64,000 bases of DNA, taken from positions 62,001 to 126,000 of the forward strand of contig NEEC01000010.1 of the NCBI GenBank assembly GCA_002189035.1. Direction: 5' to 3'. The stretch comes from Utricularia gibba. Lineage: Eukaryota > Plantae > Magnoliophyta. Position numbers and translations under genes: made by a program. The notes under the pieces were generated by a model that was not told where the DNA came from, ran no database searches, and saw only the letters and a program-made list of their open reading frames with translations. Positions 35,434 through 49,100 of the stretch are shown here, piece by piece (positions within the stretch are counted from its first letter, which is position 1; each line of letters opens with the position of its first letter).

Positions 35434-37899
35434 CCCTTCCGTACAAAATGTTCCTTAACATTTATGTCCTTCAAATAATTAGTTTCCAATACAATGGAAA
35501 TTACAATACCAACTATTCTGTAGAAACAAATATGATTTCCTTTTGTAGAATATTTTAATTTTTTTTCTCAAGTTTAGTTTCTACAAAAATAATAGATTTT
35601 AAAAAAGTGGATATATTTTTAGAGAGCGTTATTTTAAAATACTCATAATTAAATAAATTTTATTTAAAAATTTAAAATAGATATTATTTAATATATACAA
35701 CTAATTAATTGATAAAAAAAAATCAGTAAAAATATTAATTACAAATAATATTTTTTTGGAGCAAGAATGATAAAGAACTTTGACACCTAGAAATTCAGGA
35801 CCTAAAATGTTCATGACTTTTGACAAACGTCAATGCAAAATTTGGTAGGGAGGAGATGCACATGCAACATATTGGTGACATGGAGAATTTAATTCACAAT
35901 GCATTTTAGTTGGAGGGAGCTTTCATACTTAATAAATTTTACATTTTTCTGGTTTTTGAACTTGGAACTCATTTTGTTATTCTTCTCCATCTTCTTCAAT
36001 TTGTAGAAAATGAATCTTAATGTCTATTTTAATTTCAGCTTCGTAATAGAAATTTACAGTTAAAAACTTTGTTTTTGTGTTTAATGAAATTTTGATTTAT
36101 ATTTTTAGCATAAAATTGCAATTTCTGTCTAGATTTTCTTGAGTTTCACATGCCTCCATGTTTTATGTTGTAATCTTTTTGAAATGCCTTTCAAAAAGAT
36201 TCATGGTTATTAAACTATTACTTATTAGCTTTGGTGAAGAGTAAGGACTCTAACTTTTATCCTTTTGTTTTGAGGCAAGTAGTGATTTGCTTGTAACTAG
36301 AATACTTCATCAATGGTAGATGGTGACTTCACATCTGAATTATTTTGTTATGGTAACTTACAATTAGGTCTTGAAAGAAATCGAGAGTTATTTTTTTGTT
36401 TTTTCTTTTTTGATCGTTCAAGTGGGAACAACATGAGATGGCTCTCATCCTCCATATATATGAGTTTATGGGAGTATATGTGATCCTTCTTCTATAACCG
36501 ATTACTTGAGAGAAACCAATGATAGACGAGGTAAGGATAAATGGAGAATAAAATAGATTACATTCCTATAACCATAACTTTTAATCAAGTTTTCTTGTTT
36601 AAATTCTATTTCCTATTTTTTATATTTTTCAAATCCCTTTATAAAATCTTGAAGATTTGTAAATAGTTTGAACTTCATCTTTTATTGGAAAGTCAACTCA
36701 TGTGATTGATACTCATATTATACTTTTATTCCATTTATGATTATGTTGGGGAATTTCTTGTTCCAACATTTGGTGTTGTTTAGTTTCATTTTTTTATTTT
36801 ATTTTCTTCTTCTTGTTTTTCCTTTTTTCTTTTATTATCAAAGGAAAGTGTGTCAAAGAGTTGCTGGTAATTGGCTTCTTTAAATGCGAGCTCCATCATT
36901 ATCTACATCGCGCTGCCTATCTATGCCACCTCGCACTTCTAAAAAGGGGTCCCAAAGTGATTATGCTCCACCGCCCATCATTCTGATGCATCTAATTATC
37001 TTACTTGAGCCTTCTTCTTTTCTATGGGTTCACCATGGTGGACGATGTCAGGGTCTATAGTTGTACCACTATTCAAACATTGGTGTCTTAGCTGCTATTT
37101 GGGAACAATAATGCTCCTCTTTGAATATTATTGTGTAATTTTATTATTATATTTCGTAAAATTTTCTATGCTAAAATATGATCCATGTCGCTGTATTAGG
37201 AATTTAAAATAGTAATTTGAATATTTTCTTAAGAAAATATAATTTTTTATATTTTTATATATTTGTACATTTTTTTCTTAGCATATTCATATCTAGTACA
37301 TGATTAGAGTAACACACGAAAATAAACGCCAAAAAGAGAGCATATCAAACTGAAAGAGATATCTTCCACAACCTATTGTAAAAACATAGGATGTTAATAA
37401 TGAGTCTTGACACATGTCTATTACGACTAACATAAGGAATAATCATGATGTTGTCGCATAATATCAAAATATTGTGTTCCTTACTAGACATGTATGTGAG
37501 AAATAGAATATAATGGAGAATGAGTGTCTAGATAAAAACTTTTTTAATGAATCTTTCTTGCTAAAAAGAGGGAATAGACATCCTATTCATCCACTAGAGA
37601 TACCATGACAGTACATGTACTTGTTGGACTCCTCATATTAATTGAGAACCAAGGAGAATAGGACTTAGGAGATTTTCCAATCTTACCACCCATTGACCAT
37701 GGGCCATCATTGGACTATCAAGGAAGATATATCTGCAAACCATTTCGATTGTCTTTTATGTATCATCTTCAATAAAAAAGAAAACTACGAGCAATGTCTA
37801 TACCCATTCCAGATGCATCCTAAGTTTTTTGGAAGGGAAAACAATGACCCGAACCGCCACCTTTGAGCTTTGCACATGGCATAAAGGAGCAAAGGAGAA

Positions 37900-40800
37900 C
37901 AAAGTTAAGCTTCAAGTCTTTTTCTGTACTCTTATTAAACTAGCTTTAGTGTAATTCTATGGACTATAACTATCTTCTATTGCTATAGAAGAACATATGG
38001 TTCAAAATTTTTTGCATTGTTATCCATTATAAGGGAGAGCTTTAGTTGGAAGTAGAGCCTTGATTATCATAATGCAAAGTAATGTAAAAAATTTTCAAGA
38101 GTATTATGATCACTTCAATGGAATCTACAACACTTATCCACAACATAGACTCATTGAAAGCCATATTTTGTGGCATTTTTATGAACAATTGACCCCCAAT
38201 GATTCAAGGACAGAGAGATGCCACTTCTAGGAGGTCATTAGTAGAGAATAATCATAGTGCTGATGTTCAATGATTGATTGAATAAATGGTAGCAAACTCC
38301 TATTCCACCACCAATCAATATGATCTCCTACAAAGAGTTCTCTAAACAGTTTAGGCAATGGTTCTAACAATTGATGTAATGAGATTACTAGAACCTATGT
38401 GTGGGTGTCGATTAGAGAATCGATTCACTGTATGACTCATCTTCGAGATGCTACTATGAGAAGCTAACCAAGTGTCAATAGCAAGATCTCGAATATAATA
38501 GCCGTGCAAGTAAGCTTAGACTTGAAGTTAACAAAGTTATCTTGGCCTTAAACTCACATTTTTGCTCATTACTAATGGGAGTCTAACCATGGCTTGCCTA
38601 GTATGGATGAGTAGAGATGTGACTCCTTAAGGTTGGAGATAGTTGATTGATCAATAAAGGATTCATCACTCATGTTAAGGATGAGATCATATCTCAAGTA
38701 ATTGCATCAAAACCTAACAGTAAGTCCTAGGCCCAGGGTAATGACACTCGAATTGTTTGAGTAGGTCATTGAGTGTTAATGCTTGAATGCAATTATAAGT
38801 TCGATACATCATAAAGACATACACCCATGTTCTAGTATCGAATGAGATATAAGTATGATGAAAGCTGTTCATTGCATGGTGGCTGGTCATGGAAAGGCTC
38901 AATCAGTTCACCTGATTATTCTTTAATCTTGGGGATCATGATATGTTGCTAGACATCACTCATGATCGATAATGATGGATTTGATTAATTAAGAGTTAAT
39001 TAATAAATCCATTATTACGGCCTTGATTGAGGAAGCCTATAGGGTCACACACAACAGTAGAGTCACTCATCGATATAAAATAGAATTACACAATTACATG
39101 AGATGTAATTGGTAAAGTGGATAAATTAAATAGAGAGTTATTTTGAGATTAATATTGATTAAACTCAAAATTAAATATCTCATACAGATATGATTTGATA
39201 TGTCACAAAATATCTATCAAAAAGATTTAGATCTTGAGATCTGCTCCAAGGTCTTCGTATTCTCTGAGACTGATCCACAAGGGGGTGTTTTTCTCTACTA
39301 GCACCTGAGAAATTCGACCAGCATTTAAGATCCTTGAGAAGGTTATCGACGGAGTGCTCCACGTGTGAATACCATAGAGGCCGTCTGCTATTGGCGGTTG
39401 GTGAACAACGGAGTCATCTGAAATGTATTGTGAACATCCCTTTGTCTGATGTATACTATATTCCAAGATCTGCGTTTGGGGTTTCTCAAAAATTTTAAAT
39501 TCCGCTGCTTTTGAGACATACGATGTCTAAGAGAAACCCAACAACCTCATACGGCAATCATTGAACCATCTCGATCCCTATATATCATGAGACCTCTTGA
39601 ACAAGCTATTATCCTCTATCAACTGAACTACAATTTGGAATCCACGATGAAATACCTTGCTGAAAGCACTATCAAGAGGCATGAGAAGCAAAAGGATATA
39701 AAAGGATAGATCACAAGTATTAAAACTCACATGAAAATGAAAGGAGGTTTGTGGTGATACCCAATGAAGAAACTTGAGTACATTAATACAATTTCAATGA
39801 GAAGTGGAATGAATGTACTAGATCCTTATCCACGGTTCATGACTATGGTGGATATATCAAAGGAAAAAGAGTTAGAGATAGAAGATAATCATTTTTAGGT
39901 TTGTAAGAACTCAGATGGCTCACTAATGCAAAGTATTATTAGTTCAAAGCCACTTGAAAATGCTAAGGACAAGGATGCAAATGAAGTCTCTCAAACCAAG
40001 CTATTGGTTAGGTCTTTATCCTTCCCCATGAGACTTGAAGAAGCAACAATGACAAGAGAGGATGAAAAGCTTTCTTTGAAATGATGAAGAAGGTCAATGT
40101 CACAATTTCCCTTATAGACATATTAAATAGGTTCCTAAATATACCAAATTATTGAAGAACTTATGTGATCCAAATAGGAAGGCTAAGGTAGAAGAAGAGG
40201 TATGTTTTCAATTTTTGTTACCAATGAAAATACAAAGATTTTTGTTGTTATGTGTAACATTGAGGCTTTGATAATGTTATGTGTGGGTCTCTTTATCTTT
40301 CTCTTGTATCTAAATTAGACAAACTTAAATCAACTTATATCATGTGTTAATTAACCAATAGATCATAAGTTAGACTAGATGGTAGGATTGAAGATGCATT
40401 TCTTCATGTCAAAGGAAAACAAAAATCAAAAGGTCTCAAAGTCAATTATTTTTGGTGATCATTCATGGTCACTACAATTACCAAAATTGATGTCCCAACA
40501 AATACAATTAATTTTCAATTTGATGGACAAATTTTGGACTTTAGTATTAACAAGGCCATGAAGCATTGAAACCAGATCAGTGAAATAAATTGATTTTCCA
40601 TAAGTGAAACTATTGTTTATCACTATACAATGGTGCATGAGCAAGATCCTACACCCGGATGCATCACTGAAATCTTTCATTTTAAAAACTTTTTTTTTCT
40701 AACCTTGAACTTTTAAACCATTTAAGTTATTCATCTAAAGAATCTAATGTTCAAGATGTTTCTTCTCTTAGCTTCAAAATACCTAGCAAACTACAAGTAC

Positions 40801-40900
40801 CTTCCATTATTCAAGCTCCATCGTTAAATTTTTCAGCTTTACCTGAACATTTGAAATATTTTTTCCTTGGCAATAATGAAATCTTTCCTCTAAGTAATAG
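37900..40900 (+). mobile_element. Athila-like Ty3 remnant C (gag-protease), split by a solo LTR
   Basis: NFQEYYDHFNGIYNTYPQHR...FYEQLTP (gag), FPMRLEEA...MMKKVNVTI...VPKY, LPEHLKYFFLG. Many stops and frameshifts. Confidence 0.7.
38398..39543 (+). mobile_element. Solo LTR (1146 bp), Copia-type
   Basis: TG...CCCAACA ends. Flanks ACCTA/ACCTC (4/5). The 3' end AAATTTTAAATTCCGCTGC is typical of Copia U5. Orientation is inferred. Confidence 0.75.
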
Positions 40901-41149
40901 CCATCTCTATCCCTTCATTTCCTTAGTTATAAGTATGCTGCTTGATTAGTTTGATTAAATCAAAATGAGCTTCTAATTGCTTTTTCTTAACAAAATTCAT
41001 ACATTTTTTGAATTTATGGTAGGAACTATGGATTGGAATGTCAAGAAAAAGAACAATATGTGAAGAACGCTGCTAAGAAAAAATTGTTGAAATAACTAAT
41101 AATAACACTACCATGGATTTTGGAAATACAAAAAGTGTGGCTAGATATT

Positions 41150-42310
41150 ACAAGAAAACAATTTTCATGTATTTGCATATAAGGTGATCATAACTGGCAG
41201 TTGGATAGTTGAAATTGGATTTAGACAGTATACATTAACATTCTTGAAGTGAACAATGTTAAAATTATGTCTAGGTTATGACTTGTGTGCATTAACTCCT
41301 ATTGGATTTAGACTTACTAGATCAGGAAATAATTGAATTCCATGAGTTTTGTGATTGATGCTATGTGTGATACTTGGAACGAAATAATACATGTAATTAT
41401 CTCTTATTTGTGTTTCTTTATGTTGTGTTTGCTTCTCAAAATTAATTTTCTTTTTATATTTATGACCATTGCCAAAAAGTTTCTTTAATTATTTATTTTA
41501 AGAAGGCTATATAATTTCATTATTAAAAAAACTTCTTTTTTTCTTCTTTATGTTATTGCATGTGATATATGAATTCAGAAGTTATTATTTCATTTAGTTA
41601 TATATGGTTTATTGTTCCCATATCTATGATGTTTTTTTCCAAATTGTATTGTTTTATTAGTATATATAAATTGATAATATAAATTTATTCATTTTTTTTA
41701 GAAGAGCTCTTCAAAGTTTATTAAATTTAGGTATAAACTCTTTTCATTATGTCCAGATTGGGAAGAAATATTTGGTAGTGATCAAGAATTCACAATGGAG
41801 TATAAAAAGAAATGAATGAAGAAGTACATGAAAATGAGAATGATAACCATTATATTGTTGTTTCATGTTTCAATGATAAGCATAGCATTGGGATCCTTCA
41901 GTTTCATAATCTTCATATGACATCTCACATAGTATCTTTATATCAAAGAGCAAGCTACCTAATACGAGGAAAAAGAATGCTATTGGTAATGTGGAATATA
42001 AAACACATATAAAAAAATTAGCTAAAGTACAAATGAAATGATTGACAGGCTTGGAAATATACTTGGTCATGCTATTATAAAGATGTACAGACAAGAACAA
42101 ATGGCTGATATCATGTTGCAATTGCCATTAGAGATTGAAGATTGTGATCATTTTAGAATTCATGAGGTAATCATATCTAACCCAACTAAGATGGCCCTAT
42201 TGCTAAGGGAAAATGCAGCAATATGGAAGGTTATAGTGTCTGACCTTACACGTACCTTGTTGTCATCTCATAATTACTCTTCATTTTTGCATATTTTAGA
42301 TTTCTGAATA
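41150..42310 (+). pseudogene. PIF/Harbinger remnant 2, Myb/SANT-like ORF1, highly decayed
   Basis: GSWIVEIGFRQ aligns to RWKSENGFRN, and PDWEEIFGSDQ (~41751-41783) aligns to EDWVEIFGIDR of the copy at 15.8-17 kb. Confidence 0.6.
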
Positions 42311-42524
42311 TTTGATATTTCCAAGTTTGGAAGGTTATAGTAGATTTATTTCCAATCAATACTCACATAGCAAGTTCTATGGTTCATTATAAAAGTATAG
42401 AAATACAATGCATTTGACTACATGGAAAATAGTGCGAGCATGAGAATAGTTGCTTGTGATTTGTTATTATTGTTTAATAAATCATATCGGCACTCTAAAC
42501 ATAAATTTGAATTGTTTGTGGTTT

Positions 42525-42800
42525 TATAGATTTTTTAATAAGAAGCATAAGCATTGCAACACACATTTATGGTGCTTGTAATATTTTAAATTTCTTTATA
42601 ATAAAACATAAACTTATAATGCAAATTTGCAATGTTACTGATATTTTTAAATTTTTTATAAAAAAAGCATAAGCATCGCAAATATTTGGATTGTGGACTA
42701 CAGTGTTAGGCCCTTTATAAAGGGGCAAGCACTACAAATGTACAATTGCAATGCTTGCAGTTATTTTAATTTTTTTTTATAGAAAATGCAAAAATTGAAA
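42525..42800. repeat. ~60 bp degenerate tandem array between the two Harbinger ORFs
   Basis: TTTTTTATAAAA(A)GCATAAGCAT(T/C)GCAA-like units near 42530, 42591, 42651, 42711 and 42771. Confidence 0.65.
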
Positions 42801-43019
42801 TCGTTCAGTTTTTTTTTAATAAAGTATCAAATCATGTAAATACAAAGTGTAGCTTTATAATAAGTTTTATTGGAATTATCGAATGACCAAAATCAAATAA
42901 TTTGGAAGTAAAATTAATAATTTCAACTCATAGATTGTAACACATAATTTCAACTTAGACTACAATTCATAATTACACTCCCAAATACTCATTCTACATG
43001 TCTTGTGTCAAAAACATAA

Positions 43020-45300
43020 CAACATGAGGACCTATGAAGATTACTTACTACATTGGAGATGAAGTCTTCAATGTTTTATGAATTATTATCATTCTCAATG
43101 TAATTCTCACCAACCGCTGCTTCGAATGGATCCGTACCTATTTGTAATAGAATGAAATTATGCAATAATAATCAAGCAATGCTTTGTGTTTGAAGGTAGT
43201 AAAAGCAGGGGCCTCATAGAATTGCCCATCGATTCTTCAAAATTGCAAATGCTCAACATGTTTCAAATTGAGGAATGTTTCATATTAAAGTATTCATGAG
43301 CATTTTGTGAAGCTAACGAACCTTCATCCCATTCCTTTAGGTGGTAAAAAGCTGTTCAATATTATTCTCAAAATGCATCGTCATTTTTGTTGCCAATAAT
43401 ACACAAGTAGTATTGACCTAGTATATCCATATTTGTAGATTTAGTTAGTTTGTTTAGTATATACTAATAAAAAAAAACGTGCCTTCAAGAACTTGAAGAC
43501 CATTTGATTGAGAAAAAACATCTCTTAAAATATGAGCACTTGCAGTAGAGCCCTCCCAACCAACAACGAAATATATGAAATTCATATTTTGGTCATATAC
43601 TCCCAAAACATTTGTAGTGATTGTTCCCTTAGAGTTCTATACCTTGGCTTAAATGATTCTTTGACTCTAATTACAATATAAGTATCATCAATGCTCCTAA
43701 ACAATGCTAAAATATAATAAAACAATTCAAAAACTATGAATAATAAGTCAAAACATCAAATAAAATAAGGTAACTCAAAGTATTTGAATTTGCTGAGATG
43801 TTCCCTCATTGAAAGGTTGTGGTCTGATAATATCACGTATTTTTGAGTATTTGAATATAGGAAAATAACGCATATTGTGCTACATAACTTAATCTACGAT
43901 TTAGTTCAAACCTACGATTTAGTTTTTAAACACAAAGTTAGTTTTTGTGAATAGTATCGCAGGTGTGTCTTTTATTCTTAGTTAGGATTAAATCTACAAA
44001 TTAGTTCAAACCTTGGTTCTTATAGTTCCCTTGAGCAATGCAGCGCATGTCAACAACCCAAATTCTAAGGAGCTGGATATAAACAGTGAAGTAATAGAAT
44101 ATGAGGCGAAAAAATGAAAAAAAAGGACACAAAACCCAAGAAGATGAAAAAAGAGGATTTTGTATACAAAATGAGACCAGATGAAGAGGGAAAAAGAAGA
44201 TCTCCCCATTGGAGAACATGCCACATACAATTCTGGAAGGGAGGAGGTCTAAAAGAACTAAAAAGAACAATGAAGACCCAAGAATGAGCTCGTGTCTGAA
44301 GCTATCTTTTGTTTCTAAAGGATATTACTCCCAACTAGGAGTAGCCTGTGATAGTTTTAGCTTTAGGGGTGACTTGAGGCATAAAGGAAAGTAATATGTT
44401 AATCAATCTTTTTACCTTGTTAATCATAAATCATATTACTTTCTTAACAAAATAGGATAGATCCAGGAGGTGGAAGAAGTGATACTCGTCTTAGAACTCT
44501 AATCAAAGGTAGATCAAAGATAAGGGAAATACAAACGTTCGGGTAGACTAGGACTTTGTTGTTAGATGCATGATTTGTGAGTAGAGCAAGGCTAATTTAG
44601 TGATAAACATGTTTTTCCCTTAGAGTCTTAAGGCATCACTTTGTTCCATTTTAATAAGTTCTATCTTTACCCATTTAATGTCTTTCCGTATATTACCGTC
44701 GAATCGCTTTTAATCCTAGTTCAGACTAAATCTACCAACTGTGACATTAATTACATGCATTGATAATCATATGAGAAGCATTTGCTCTTCTTGTTCGACC
44801 CTGCTCCACTATATAATTATATTTTATATGATTAGTGATGAAATTAGGAATATCAATTTATTTGATACATGAATTTACATTTTAACGACGTGCTAAAAAT
44901 CTCATTTATCATCTAATAAATAACTTGTCTTGGATTCTAAGAATAACACAAAATATTGAGTTGAAATACATAACCATAATGCTCAAGAATAAAACATAAT
45001 GGTGCAAATGTATTTAATGTTGTGCTATTAGTATCATATACAATCCTATTAAGATTATCAATTTACATAAGAAATTTTGCAAGATACAAATATTTTTTCG
45101 ATTGCTAGCTAATTTCATTGACTTCATCAATTTCCTCAAAAATATTGTTGTTCAATATGCTATATAAACATCAAATTCTAAGAAATGATTTGGCATATGA
45201 CCAAAATTACTGTTGCTTATACAATATTATCACTTATGGTTGATAAATTATTGAATACCTAAATAACACTTCAAGTAGTAAAAATTTGATAACTCTTCTT
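43020..45300 (-). mobile_element. PIF/Harbinger transposase (DDE_Tnp_4) pseudogene, interrupted by a solo LTR
   Basis: CLGA(L)DDTY...PRYRT...TNVLGVYDQNMNFIYFVVGWEGS (43720->43470) and HEYFNMKHSSI...ILKNRWAIL (43330->43020). The reading frame is restored across the LTR (FIRPQP). Confidence 0.85.
43828..44911 (+). mobile_element. Solo LTR (1084 bp), Athila-type
   Basis: The end TTCGACCC...AATTTATTTGATAC...TTTATCA resembles the end of 29630-31025. Flanks TCTGA/TCTAA (4/5). The start reads TA rather than TG. Confidence 0.7.
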
Positions 45301-46199
45301 TATACATAAGAAAAATTTAAAAATTAGAATACACACGTCTCATAAGATCAAAACTGAATGAAAATTCTAAAAAATCATAGTTTTTATGGTAATTTTGCAA
45401 GCGCTCAGAAACCGTTGAAATAGGGCTTTTTACTTCGAATGTACCCAAACTTTAGATTAATTACACTAAATATATCCAAACTTTCATATTTACTCCAAAT
45501 ATATTTAAACATTTATTTTTTTTACATAAAATGTGATATATGGGCAAGTGCATCTACACGCTTCCAAATCATAATTTTAGCTGCTAAAATTTTCCAAACC
45601 CTAAAAATCCTTCGACGAATTTCCAGATATCTCACTAGAAGCTGGGACCTAAGAGACTATTAGGAATCAGATACACGACAATTTAGAGAACCGATTGCGA
45701 CAAAGGCACTATTTGGTGATCAAAGAGTTGGTAATGCTTCAACATCAATTATTGTTCTTCTGTATTATTGAGCATCTTTTGAGGTTGTGCATATAGCTAT
45801 TTTGTTTTTGTTCTTTAACAATTTCTTCTTCATAATTTTAAGTAATCTATTTTGAGACAATGCTTGAAATTTAAGAGTCTAGCGCTCAGTTTTGTGTTGC
45901 TATACTATTATGAATGTAGATTCTTTTTCTCATTAGATAAGCCTTTATATTTTTAGATTCCAAAGCACAAATGGCAAGTCGAAGTAACACTAAACTGAAA
46001 AGAACACCTCTTTATGCTATTTTTTTCAATATATTTGGAAATTTATGCATATAAATAAATATGATTATTCAATGTTTTTCTCTATTTTATTTTGAGTATG
46101 TTACATTTAGATTATGCATGCATAGATGAGAATATGTTGTGTTGATAATTGATTATAGTTATTTTTTGTGTGATTTGTCATGGGTACACAACTATCAAA

Positions 46200-49100
46200 T
46201 GGAAATTTACAATAGTTATGCAGTATAGAGGTAAGTTGATACTGGAACCAAGTTTCAAATGGATATCAGACAAAGTTGAGTACTTTGATTTCAATGAATT
46301 CGAATGGATTGACACAAAAAGATTGTTTCAATATGCTGAGGAGTTAGGATATTCAAATAAAAGATATATTAGATTTTGGTATAAGAAAAACAAGACAGTG
46401 AGTGATGGATTGAGGTTGTTAGAAACCAATCAACAAATTATGGAGAGGGAGAATTATTTTGATAAAAAAAAAGACAAATTCATGTATATATAGAGTAGTT
46501 AGTTGATGAAGGCACTAAAGAGATGCAATCTGATGCAAATCATATGACTGGGCAATGAGAAGAATGTAATTTAGAAGCAATATATGATGAAGTACCTTCT
46601 TTGTATTCTAGTATATGCAATTACAACATAATTTTCTTGTTTAAGGACTTTGGTCACCGTTCACATTGATGAGAATTTGCAACGGGCAAATATTGAAAAG
46701 GAAAATGTTACACAGAAGACATTCATTGACGAAGACTATAATTTGGAAGCTGACGAAACTTTGGGAATTAAAATCACTCATGATAAATTTGAGTGATGAT
46801 GAGATCAAGAAGACAACCCTACAATAAGGATCATGGATGAAAAAACACATCGAGGAAAAAATGTTTTGGGGAGTAATAGACTGGAAGAAGAAAGTGATGA
46901 TGATATAAAAGCATAATACATTAGACACATGGACAATGGTCCCAATGAGCTTGATATTGGTGATTCAGAGGAAGATCTAAATAGCTATGATGATTCTAAT
47001 GATGAGGGGGAACTCAAATATCCTGTTTATGATACAAAAAAAATCCATTACTTTTCAAAGGAACACTCTTTAAAACTAGAGATTAAGTTAAATATGCAAT
47101 CAGAAGTCATTGCATATGGAAAGGATATGCAATCAGAAATCATTGCATATGGAAAGTATATGCAATCAAATTTGTATGGATTGATTTACAAAGAGTAAGA
47201 GCAGAGTGTATACAAGATGATTGTCCTTGGTATGTGTATGCATCCAAGGAAAGTATTGATATTTCAAGGCAAATCAAATCATTTGGTGAGGATCATAATC
47301 ATGTTGGAAGAAATTTATCACATGAGAAGATTAGCTATTTGTGGTTGGGACAAACGTTTCAAAAAATGTTTATAGCAGATCCTAATTATAATGTTAACGA
47401 TTTCGTGGGCTATATATTCCAAAAGTATCATAGATGAAAGCATATCGAGCCAAAAAATATGCTCTGAAATTGATTAGAGGACAACATGAAGAACAATTTT
47501 CGAATATTTTTACCTATTTCGAAGATCTTTTAAGGGCAAATGAAGGTTCAACATTAAAATTCAAACTTTATGAAAGGGAGCTAGGATAGCAACGTTTTGA
47601 GGGTTGCTATGTATGTTTCAAAGCATGTAAAGAAGGCTTCAAACATGGTTGTCGACCTTTGATAGGACTAGATGGATGTTTTTTAAAAGGCATGTGGAAA
47701 GGCCAGCTCCTAGCTGCTATATCTATTGATCCCAATAATAATATTTTTCCTATAGCATGGGTTGAAGTAGAAAATGAGAGCATAGAAGCTTGGAGATGGT
47801 TTCTTGAGTTACTCATAAATGATATTGATATTAGGCAGCATAATATGAGATCTTACGCATTTATTTCATATAGATAGAAAGGTCTTATTCCAGCAATTGA
47901 AGAAATTTTGCCTCATGTGGAAATAAGATATTGTGTGTGACAAATTTATGAAAATATGAAGAAGGATTGCGTAGTTCAAGAACAATCGATTAAAAATTGT
48001 ATGTGAGAAGCTGCAAGATATAGAAGAGTGCAAACTTTTGAATTTGCAATGGAGAAACTCAAGAAGCTTAGTTTGAATTGCCATAATTGGTTAATGAAAA
48101 TTCTGCCAAAGTTTTGGCGCAGAGCATTTTTCTCAACTTCACCAAAGTGTGATGCGCTGTTGAATAATGGTTGTTGCGTGTCGTTTCCTCAACAAATTTT
48201 AAATATTTAAAACGTAAAACACTAGAAAGCGTAGTACGAGTATCGATCTCAAGGAGTTGTTTTTTGTAGAAAGTGTTTTGCAAAAAACTTCTGCAAAATG
48301 TCACGGTTTTGTAAAATGGGGTTTTTAGAATACAGAAAGAAAAGTTACAACCTAAGTGATGGGCCTTGACTACGGTACGCAGTTCCTGGGAATAAGATTC
48401 CATCTCCTTCCTTTGTCCGTCCTTGCCTCGGTTTTCACTGATTTCTTCCGAATAGCTGGTTATAGGAGCAAGGAATAGCCTACTCTCCCTTACACTCTGA
48501 TTGACAAGGAGGCACGGGAATAGCCTCATGTGATTCCCTCTTGGATGATAGAGAAGACAAGAGGATTGCCTTCGATTGCCTTCAAAATCGAATTGTGCGG
48601 GTGTGCCTAGCTGTTGCCAATAGCCAGTGGCAGGTCCGAGGTCACAACTGTCCACTATCGTGGTACCTAGGCTACAAACAATCTGCTACTTCCCTCGAAC
48701 CGGTAGGGTTCGAGTTGGTGCTCTTCACCTTGATCTTCACCAAAATCCGCGAGGAGTGGCCTGCTACTCATGGACCTTGACTAAGAGTCGTTACAGAAAG
48801 ACTGCAACAAGATGCATGGAAGTATGCAGAATCCAAATTGAATTCAGCGAAGAACCGAGTGTATTGTTCAGGACTTGGAAGGAAACTTCATCTTCTCCCA
48901 GAAACTAAAAGGTTTTAGCCACAAAGGGCTATGAAAACATAAACGAAAAAGGAAGCTAAGTGTTCTTCCTCCTTGAAGAGGAGGAAGAACCTAAAAGTTC
49001 AAGTCTACAAAGGAAAATGGCAAAAGTCTGAAACTAAGTGCTCCAAGTGGTTTTTATATGACTTCCCACGTGCATTAACTCCTTTGGGTCCCCTTCCCAT

